A DNA stretch of 48,528 bases from Bacteroidota bacterium. Lineage in GTDB: Bacteria > Bacteroidota > Bacteroidia > Bacteroidales > GCA-2748055. Shown one piece after another: positions 27,665 to 34,983 of this stretch. Made by a program: the position numbers and the translations under genes. Numbering within the stretch: the stretch's first letter is position 1; each line of letters begins with the position of its first letter. The notes under the pieces are model-generated. The model did not search any database. It saw only the letters and a list, made by a program, of their open reading frames with translations, and was not told the origin of the DNA. The stretch lies in NCBI GenBank assembly GCA_020047715.1, contig JAIFNN010000009.1, positions 1 to 48,528 of the forward strand, given 5' to 3'.

Positions 27665-28429
27665 ATGAATACTAAACTTTTTTATAAAACCGGAATTTTC
27701 GTATTTTTATTAATTCAATTAGTTCTTTTTACAAATTGTTCTAAAAAGAGTGATCCTGCATTAGAGGAAATAAATAATACTGAATTGGTAAGTAACGAGG
27801 ATATTCTGAGGATTGGTAAATTACATAATGAAATTGCTTCTGAATTGCTATCTGGAATTAATTGGGATGCGCCAAATTTTAATGAAGAAGTAATTATGAG
27901 ATTTAATTCTTCAGATATTGTTGTGTCAAGTAAAAAGTCCGATTATACTGTTGAATTTATTGATGAGCAGTGCAACACTGATAAAAATATTGAAATTTTG
28001 AGGGAGAAATTAAGCCCGGAGGGATTCGCAATATTTGAGCAAGGAATAAAGCTTTGTGAAAACGTTGTTTCATGCGAAACATTTATTAATGAATTAGAAA
28101 AAGTTGAAAAAGGAGATCAAATGTTAGCATTGCCAGATGAGGAAAAGTCTACAATATTGGTTTCTTTTTCTATCTGGAAAAATTCTGCTTATTATTGGTT
28201 GCCAACAGATATGGGAGGCGGTGGTGAAGGTTTTGCTTATTTAACTAGCAATAAAAAGTCTACAAATAAGTGGTCCATTAAGAGTGCATTAGTTGGTGAT
28301 GGTGTTTCTGGAGGTGTTGGTATGCTTGGTGTTGTTGTAGCAGGAGCTTGTGGCCCAATTGGATGGACTGCATTGGCAATTGTTGGAGGAGAATCTGCTG
28401 TAAGTTCAGTTATAAATGGGTTTAATTAA
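27665..28429 (+). CDS. predicted lipoprotein with a C-terminal glycine-zipper, class-II-bacteriocin-like hydrophobic module
   Basis: Signal peptide plus lipobox-like LVLFTNC|SKK. A helical, acidic central region of about 170 aa. A MGGGGEG linker, then ALVGDGVSGGVGMLGVVVAGACGPIGWTALAIVGGESAVSSVINGFN. Confidence 0.6.
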   Translation: MNTKLFYKTGIFVFLLIQLVLFTNCSKKSDPALEEINNTELVSNEDILRIGKLHNEIASELLSGINWDAPNFNEEVIMRFNSSDIVVSSKKSDYTVEFIDEQCNTDKNIEILREKLSPEGFAIFEQGIKLCENVVSCETFINELEKVEKGDQMLALPDEEKSTILVSFSIWKNSAYYWLPTDMGGGGEGFAYLTSNKKSTNKWSIKSALVGDGVSGGVGMLGVVVAGACGPIGWTALAIVGGESAVSSVINGFN

Positions 28430-28435
28430 AAAATC

Positions 28436-28648
28436 ATGAAACTAAGTAAGAAATCCAGATTGCTTCTTCTATTAGTACTCTTTGTTGTTGGAGTGTTTGC
28501 ATTCCTTGGTGCTAATGTCATGCTTGAGCTTAATAATAGCGGCAACTATTCAAGCGTTATGCTATCAAAAGACATTATCATATCAGTTATCTGTTCCCTT
28601 ATATCATTGTCTTACCCATTTTATCTTGTATTTAAGATGAAAGAGTAA
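28436..28648 (+). CDS. 70-aa two-TM membrane protein (candidate immunity or partner protein)
   Basis: Starts 6 nt after the lipoprotein stop. Two hydrophobic helices (about aa 8-28 and 44-66). Followed by a strong terminator hairpin. Confidence 0.5.
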   Translation: MKLSKKSRLLLLLVLFVVGVFAFLGANVMLELNNSGNYSSVMLSKDIIISVICSLISLSYPFYLVFKMKE

Positions 28649-28660
28649 AGCTTGTGGTTT

Positions 28661-28704
28661 AACAGTTTCATCTATTGGGTTCTCCCAATAGATGAAACTG
28701 TTTT
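28661..28704 (+). terminator. intrinsic terminator hairpin
   Basis: Perfect 19-bp stem aacagtttcatctattggg / cccaatagatgaaactgtt with loop ttct, running into tttt. Begins 13 nt after the stop of the 70-aa ORF. Confidence 0.8.
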
Positions 28705-28706
28705 AG

Positions 28707-29039
28707 CTATTACTGATTCAAAATTTAAATGGCGAAATCGTTCTGGCATCATGTCGCTATTTGTTTTTAAATTACCCAAAACCCAATTGCATGATTATGG
28801 CTGTTAATGGGGCCGAACCTTCGGAATTCCTACCGAAAACATTTCAATAACAGAATTATTGTTGGAAATGTCCTGTAATTATTCTTTCAAGTCACGATAT
28901 CTCCCATATCACCGAACTCTGCTCCAGAATTATTATCATCGACAACGGTAAATTTATTAAGGAAATTGATAATGCCAATACTAAAGAAAGCTTATGGCAG
29001 CTTAAGGAGTATTTCTCAATACAAAGTATAAGCAGCTAA
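28707..29039 (+). pseudogene. decayed 3' remnant of an ABC transporter ATPase gene
   Basis: One frame reads ...LNGEIVLASCRYLFLNYPKPNCMIMAVNGAEPSEFLPKTFQ*QNYCWKCPVIILSSHDISHITELCSRIIIIDNGKFIKEIDN...SISS*. It has a Walker-B/D-loop-like (A)EPSEFLP and an H-loop SSHD. It has no Walker A half and no start codon, and carries an in-frame TAA at 28848-28850. Confidence 0.6.
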
Positions 29040-29217
29040 ACAGCGATAACAAGTTAGGAAAGCTAATTGAAGTTGATACCTCATTTCTAAAGTAAAAGCT
29101 TGTTGAGGTATAGCTTGCCCTCATTTTTCATTAAAACTTGCAGTTCAAAGGAAAATTCAGATATTTGCGTAAAATAAAACAGCCCTCCGCTGAGTTATCA
29201 TTATTCAAATCCTTTTT

Positions 29218-30594
29218 TTGAACAAAGCATTTACACATACGATTTTCAGAATCTGCCTGATTCTTATTCCTGCCTTCACAGCAATGAATTTGAGCGCTCA
29301 GATCTTTTCTCCTGCAGCAAATGCTGTTAGAACTACTCAATATCCTGTAGACACAGTTGATTCCCCTGTTTTCATTTTTTTCTCGCCGCCCAATATCACT
29401 TTGCAGGGAAGCCTTGTTGCATCCTTTAATTCTCCCGAAATAAATAATTTCGACTGGTTTCAATACAACACACTAACCGGGGGGTTCGATGTGCCAATGC
29501 TTAGCCAGACTGCTGTGTCCGAGTCACATCTCGATAATCTTCCCGGGGGAGGTTACCGCGTGCACGTTTGGAATGGCACCGATACCGATACCACTTTCAC
29601 GGCCTGGCTGCATATCGACAAACTTCATACATCCATTGTAAAGGACACAGAGGGAAATCTAATGAAAAGCGCCTATACCTGCGATTACCTTACCTTGAGC
29701 GGTACCGTTTCCATAGACACATTCTTCTATTATGACCCTATAAGCAAAAGCCCGGTTCGGCTTCGGAACGGATTTACCTTCTTGTGGACATCCGATAACG
29801 CTGAGCTTTCCATTCCCAATAAAGACAGGATCCTCGATCCGAATACTACATATAGTCCGCCTTATCTTGATACCTGGTATATCCTCACTGCCCGCGACAG
29901 TTTTGGAATGACGGATATTGACTCTGTCTTCTACGAATCGATTCAGGTTAAGCCTGATTTTAGTTTTGAGTTGTTTGAATATGAGTACAATTCCAATGAC
30001 AACACGTATGCGGGTGATTTTACCGAGTCAATGCCTCCTGCTGAAGGGGACGCACTCTTGAAAGTCAGGTTCAAAAACGAATCGAAGAATGGATTCAGTT
30101 ATGAGTGGATTTTTTCTGATAGTGTCAAATCAGATCTTTTTGCCAACGAGCTTACCAGTGATTTGGCTTATGAGCCCGAGTACGTTTATAAAATCCCGAA
30201 CGATTATTATCCGGCAATTGTAGCTACCTCAGAGGCTGGATGTGTTGACACTTTTAAGCTCGAAGAACCCATTACGGTTATACCAAGTTTGCTTGAAATA
30301 CCAAATGTCTTCTCCCCCGATAAGGATGGGTTAAACGACTATTTCAGAGTTAACTTCAAATCCATTAAGGAATTCAGTATCCGCATTTTCGATCGTACGG
30401 GAAAAATGGTTTACAAAGCCGAAGTTTCAGATATGTATACCTGGGAAGGTTGGAACGGGAATGTTATGGATTCCGACCGAGGGGCATCCCCCGGTTTGTA
30501 TTATTATGTGATCGACGCCACAGGATGGGATAAGGAGCATTACCACAAGGGACAATACAGAGGGGTGGTTTATTTGTTTAGGTCTAAGGAATAG
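29218..30594 (+). CDS. T9SS type-B C-terminal sorting domain (CHU_C, gliding-motility-associated CTD) secreted protein
   Basis: Signal peptide ...AFTAMNLSAQ. The C-terminal IPNVFSPDKDGLNDYFRV...GLYYYVIDA...GVVYLFRS matches the type-B CTD pattern. The start is TTG at 29218, because the first ATG would remove the signal peptide. The start position is uncertain. Confidence 0.75.
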   Translation: MNKAFTHTIFRICLILIPAFTAMNLSAQIFSPAANAVRTTQYPVDTVDSPVFIFFSPPNITLQGSLVASFNSPEINNFDWFQYNTLTGGFDVPMLSQTAVSESHLDNLPGGGYRVHVWNGTDTDTTFTAWLHIDKLHTSIVKDTEGNLMKSAYTCDYLTLSGTVSIDTFFYYDPISKSPVRLRNGFTFLWTSDNAELSIPNKDRILDPNTTYSPPYLDTWYILTARDSFGMTDIDSVFYESIQVKPDFSFELFEYEYNSNDNTYAGDFTESMPPAEGDALLKVRFKNESKNGFSYEWIFSDSVKSDLFANELTSDLAYEPEYVYKIPNDYYPAIVATSEAGCVDTFKLEEPITVIPSLLEIPNVFSPDKDGLNDYFRVNFKSIKEFSIRIFDRTGKMVYKAEVSDMYTWEGWNGNVMDSDRGASPGLYYYVIDATGWDKEHYHKGQYRGVVYLFRSKE

Positions 30595-30610
30595 TGAGAA
30601 CGCTTCGCTT

Positions 30611-30660
30611 AGTGAGAGCGCTGCGCTCTCACTATACTCCCTAAGCGCAGCGCACTCACT
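30611..30660. terminator. GC-rich multi-arm hairpin between convergent genes (bidirectional terminator candidate)
   Basis: Perfect palindrome agtgagagcgc-t-gcgctctcact at 30611-30633, plus a third arm gcgcactcact at 30650-30660 that can pair alternatively with the first arm. Confidence 0.55.
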
Positions 30661-30667
30661 TTAGATC

Positions 30668-32821
30668 CTACTCATCATCAGCTCCCTCATCATAAGCCTT
30701 GAGCAAAGTTTCCTGAACATCACCCGGGACCTGAGCATACTCAAGATATTTCATTGAATACATAGCCCTTCCGCTGGTTATAGAACTGAGTGCAGTTGAA
30801 TATTTGTTCATCTCCGCAAGGGGAACTTTCGCAATGATTTTCTCAAAGCCTCCCTCACTGCTCATGCCTTGCACGATGGCTCTTCGGCCCTGCAGGTCGC
30901 TCATTACATCTCCCATCCTGTCGCCCGGAACCAATACCTCGACAAGGTAAATGGGCTCGAGGATTTTTGGCCCTGCTGCTTTAAACGCCTGACTGAATGC
31001 GTTTCTACCTGCAAGACGGAAGGATATTTCGTTTGAATCGACCGGATGCATCTTACCATCATATACAAACACACGGATATCTCTGGCATAGGAGCCTGTA
31101 AGAGGACCAGTTTCCAGTTTCTCCATAATCCCCTTGAGAATGGCGGGCATAAATCTGGCGTCGATTGATCCACCAACAATACAGTTATAGTAAACAAGTT
31201 TGCCGCCCCATGGAAGTTCGTGTTCTTCCTTGCCGCGCAACGATAACTTCATCTCTTTACCGTTGGCCTTGAAGGTCTCGGGTTCCTTTGCTCCCTCGAT
31301 AAAAGGCTCAATTAGCATGTGTACCTCGCCAAATTGTCCGGAACCGCCCGACTGCTTCTTGTGCCGATAATCGGCCTGCGCCGATTTGGTAATGGTTTCG
31401 CGGTAAGGGATTTTTGGGGCTAAGTATTGGGTATCGATTTTGTAAATGTTATCAAGGTGCCACTTAACTATATTCAAATGGTATTCACCCTGACCCGAAA
31501 GTATGATCTGCTTAAGTTCTTTGGAGTACTCAATAAGCATAGTGGGATCTTCCTCATGAATACGGTTAAGGGCTTCACCCAGCTTCTCGTCGTCGCTTTC
31601 ACTTACAGCTTTTATTGCGGTGCGGTATTTTGGTTCGGGGTAGGGGGTGTTAACAAAGCGGATATCACTGTTTGCTGCAAGAGTATCATTGTTTTTGGTA
31701 GCCTTAAGCTTAACGGTTGAACCAATATCCCCTGCAACCATTTTTGCCAGTTTGGCTCTGTTCTTGCCTGCCGAGGCGAAAATCTGGGTGATTCTTTCCT
31801 TATTTGATGTGCGGGAATTCACAAGATCCATCCCTTCGGTGATCTCCCCCGACATAACCTTAAAATAGTTTACCTCGCCAATATGCGATTCGATAGTAGT
31901 TTTGAAAATGAATATTGCAGCAGGACCTTTTGGGTCGCATTTGATTTCCTTACCCGATCGGTCTAACGGAGCAGCTACCTGGTCGGGCGATGGGGCAACA
32001 TTTGTAAGGAATTCCATTAGCCTGCCTGAACCGATGTTCTTCTTGCCTGCAGCACAGAATATCGGATAAAGCCCTCGTCTTACCAAACCCAGATGAATAC
32101 CTTTTCTCATTTCATCTTCGGTGAGGGTTTCCTTCTCAAAGAAGAGTTCCATAAGGCTCTCGTCGTTTTCAGCCGCTTTCTCAATCAGTATACCCTTTAA
32201 TTCTGTTGCCTTTTCGGTTTCGGATTCCGGAATGTCAAGAATCTGGGGTTTGCCTCCATCGGAAGGGTACTTGTAAAGTTTCATTTTAATGAGGTCCACA
32301 ATCGAGTCAAACCCCGGACCAGCGTTTACAGGATATTGAACAATGGCGGTTTTGCCTTTGAACCTTTCATTTAGCATTTCAAGAGCCTTATCGTAATTGG
32401 CCTTGTCATGGTCCAGATGATTGATGACGATAACCAGTGGTTTCTTGAATTTCTCCACCCATCGGTTATGAATTTCAGTACCTACTTCAATGCCATTCTG
32501 GGCATTGATAAGCATAACGGCAGTGTCGGCAATGTGAAGCCCGGCAATTGTGCCACCCACAAAGTCGTCGGAGCCGGGAACGTCAATAAAATTTATCTTC
32601 TTATCATTACACTCAGCATACAAAACCGTTGAAAAAACAGAGGTCTGGTTTTCATGCTCAATCAGATTGTGATCTGACACGGTATTTTTGCTTGAAATGT
32701 CTCCCCGGCGTTCGATAACACCTCCCTCAAAAAGCATGCTTTCGGCCAGGGTAGTCTTTCCTGATCCGGAATTCCCAAGGAGAACAATGTTCTTAATCTG
32801 GTTAGTAAGGTACGTTTTCAT
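30668..32821 (-). CDS. divergent elongation factor G paralogue (EF-G2-like)
   Basis: 717 aa with EF-G domain order. Its G motifs are altered relative to fusA in this window: G1 GNSGSGKTT, switch II DVPGSDDF, G4 NHLD. Confidence 0.85.
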   Translation of the reverse strand: MKTYLTNQIKNIVLLGNSGSGKTTLAESMLFEGGVIERRGDISSKNTVSDHNLIEHENQTSVFSTVLYAECNDKKINFIDVPGSDDFVGGTIAGLHIADTAVMLINAQNGIEVGTEIHNRWVEKFKKPLVIVINHLDHDKANYDKALEMLNERFKGKTAIVQYPVNAGPGFDSIVDLIKMKLYKYPSDGGKPQILDIPESETEKATELKGILIEKAAENDESLMELFFEKETLTEDEMRKGIHLGLVRRGLYPIFCAAGKKNIGSGRLMEFLTNVAPSPDQVAAPLDRSGKEIKCDPKGPAAIFIFKTTIESHIGEVNYFKVMSGEITEGMDLVNSRTSNKERITQIFASAGKNRAKLAKMVAGDIGSTVKLKATKNNDTLAANSDIRFVNTPYPEPKYRTAIKAVSESDDEKLGEALNRIHEEDPTMLIEYSKELKQIILSGQGEYHLNIVKWHLDNIYKIDTQYLAPKIPYRETITKSAQADYRHKKQSGGSGQFGEVHMLIEPFIEGAKEPETFKANGKEMKLSLRGKEEHELPWGGKLVYYNCIVGGSIDARFMPAILKGIMEKLETGPLTGSYARDIRVFVYDGKMHPVDSNEISFRLAGRNAFSQAFKAAGPKILEPIYLVEVLVPGDRMGDVMSDLQGRRAIVQGMSSEGGFEKIIAKVPLAEMNKYSTALSSITSGRAMYSMKYLEYAQVPGDVQETLLKAYDEGADDE

Positions 32822-33277
32822 TTGGTAGAATAAAGGTTAAATTATATAGGACATCTTTGCTTAAATTTCAGTTTATAATGAGGTTTTTCTTTAGGGCAAT
32901 TGCAAATGTAACAATTTTTATAATTCTACCAAGATGGGGAAAAAACTTCAGAAAAAGTGTTTTCAGGGGAGGAGAAATTTCGCTGGATACAGATTAAGTG
33001 TTTTTTAACTTGTGACTTTTTAGAGATTGCCAAAGGCTGTGCGAAAGATATAGTTTAATCAGGGAAAGTGAAAAGGGTTTATAAGAGGATAAACACAAAA
33101 CCGGCCTATCAGAAAAGTACGTGCTATTTTCCATTTGGATTTTTTTCGGGGGATATGGCTTTGAAATCAAATAAAAAACTATACTTTTAATATGGGAATG
33201 GTTTTTTTAGAAATAGGTGACGTAATGGAATTGAATTTCCAAATAGGAACAAAAGAATTGCCGCTAATTTAAAACTG

Positions 33278-33550
33278 ATGATAACAAAAATTTCCAGTTC
33301 AGGAATAGATCGTTTTCAAACCTCACCATTTTTTTTGGGATTTGTGAGCATTCCTATAGCCATTGGAATAATAATAAATCTTTTAAATGCTCAATTTGAT
33401 ATAGCAATTGCGTTATTAGTAATGTTATGCTTTTGTGCAGTTGGAATTATTGTAAACTTATATTTTCTCAAGTACCTTAGAGATGTATCTATCGATGATG
33501 AAGACCTGGATAGTTTCGCGGTTGGATTGGAACCACCTGAAAACCGATGA
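33278..33550 (+). CDS. hypothetical small two-TM membrane protein
   Basis: A 90-aa ORF with two hydrophobic segments and an acidic tail, standing alone in AT-rich DNA. The only support is ORF length and hydrophobicity. Confidence 0.3.
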   Translation: MITKISSSGIDRFQTSPFFLGFVSIPIAIGIIINLLNAQFDIAIALLVMLCFCAVGIIVNLYFLKYLRDVSIDDEDLDSFAVGLEPPENR

Positions 33551-33754
33551 GGCAATTATTATTTTTCTGCTGTCTTTATAAATTCCAATAAAAACTTATA
33601 AACCAGTTGGTTAATTTTATACCTTTACTTCAATGGATGTGAAATCAGCATTGAAGGCAGGCCTGAAGAATCGTAGATATCGGAAAAAACGGGTAATGCA
33701 TATAATCTATTAGTTAGCGTTTCTGCAAATAACCCGAGCTCAAGAGCAAAAGGT

Positions 33755-34957
33755 ATGATAACGCGAAAAATCAATAATACCAATAGAAGTAAATGTACTG
33801 GGTGCTTTGCTTGCGCTTCAGTATGTCCGATTGATTGCATAGAAATGATATCCGACAATGAAGGTTTTTGGTATCCGGCAGTAAATGAGAGTTGCATCGA
33901 GTGTGGAAAATGTATTGATGTTTGTCACATTTTCAAAAACGAGAAAGTTGATAATCATCCAATTGCATATGCCTGCAAAAATACTGATGAAGAAATTCGT
34001 TCAGAAAGTTCTTCCGGAGGTGTTTTTTATGAACTAGCTGCGTATATGCTTTCCCAAAAAGGGGTTGTATTTGGAGCTGGCTATAATGCTAACTTTGAAG
34101 TTGTGCATACTTATGTTGAAAACATCGCTGACTTAAAAAGATTTCAGCGTTCCAAATATGTCCAAAGTAAAATTGGCAATACATTTAAACAAGCAAAGAA
34201 GTTTTTGTTGAGTGGAAGGAATGTTCTTTTTTCCGGTACACCCTGCCAAATTGCTGGACTTAAATCGTTTCTCGGAAAACCATATGATTCGCTAACTTGT
34301 GTAGATTTTATATGCCATGGAGTACCTTCTCCACTCGTTTGGAAAAAATATATTGAGTATCAGGAAAAAAGGAGCAAGTCGCGTACCCAAAAAGTCGATT
34401 TCAGAGTGAAAGATGAGGGGTGGAGAAGATTTTCTGTACGATTTATTTTCGAGAATCACACCAAATATCAGCAGACGTTACTTAAAGATTTGTATATGAA
34501 TGTGTTTCTAAGCGACATATGCCTAAGACCGTCTTGTTATCATTGTGATTTTAAAACATTGCACAGACAAAGTGATATTACTTTGGCCGACTTTTGGGGA
34601 GTCCAATTTATTTGTCCTGAAATAGATGACAACAAAGGAACCTCTCTTGTTTTTGTTAACAGTAAATCAGGTATTGAAATTTTTGATTCAATTATGAGTG
34701 CTCTTATACATAAAGAGGTTGAAATAAATTTATCTGTGAAGTATAACCCTTCAGCAATCAGGTCTTCCAGTCCTCATCCTGATCGGGCAAAATTTTTAGT
34801 TAAAATACTCAATACCCCATTTAATGTAGTTGCTAAAGAATATTGCATGGAAAATGTTGGATTCAAAAAAAAAGTCAGTTTGTTGATTTATAGTTTTTTA
34901 GATATATTTTGTGTCAAGAAGTTCATAGAAGGTAAATCCCTGAAAATATCAGGTTGA
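33755..34957 (+). CDS. FrhB/FdhB-like (coenzyme F420 hydrogenase/dehydrogenase beta subunit family) protein with an N-terminal 2x[4Fe-4S] ferredoxin domain
   Basis: Cys clusters CTGCFACASVCP and CIECGKCIDVCH. Central SSGGVF... and GTPCQIAGLK motifs are typical of the FrhB N/C domains. Confidence 0.75.
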   Translation: MITRKINNTNRSKCTGCFACASVCPIDCIEMISDNEGFWYPAVNESCIECGKCIDVCHIFKNEKVDNHPIAYACKNTDEEIRSESSSGGVFYELAAYMLSQKGVVFGAGYNANFEVVHTYVENIADLKRFQRSKYVQSKIGNTFKQAKKFLLSGRNVLFSGTPCQIAGLKSFLGKPYDSLTCVDFICHGVPSPLVWKKYIEYQEKRSKSRTQKVDFRVKDEGWRRFSVRFIFENHTKYQQTLLKDLYMNVFLSDICLRPSCYHCDFKTLHRQSDITLADFWGVQFICPEIDDNKGTSLVFVNSKSGIEIFDSIMSALIHKEVEINLSVKYNPSAIRSSSPHPDRAKFLVKILNTPFNVVAKEYCMENVGFKKKVSLLIYSFLDIFCVKKFIEGKSLKISG

Positions 34958-34983
34958 TTTATGCTCGTCGTAAGAACGCAATA

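Noticed and set aside
29131-29463. 110-aa minus-strand ORF overlapping the 5' end of the T9SS type-B cargo gene.
   Set aside because: It is antisense to a region encoding a credible signal peptide. Its composition is Cys/Arg/Asn-rich and unlike a protein.
33625-33897. 90-aa minus-strand ORF overlapping the start of the FrhB-like gene.
   Set aside because: It overlaps the ferredoxin-domain coding region, which has clear Cys motifs on the plus strand. It has no features of its own.
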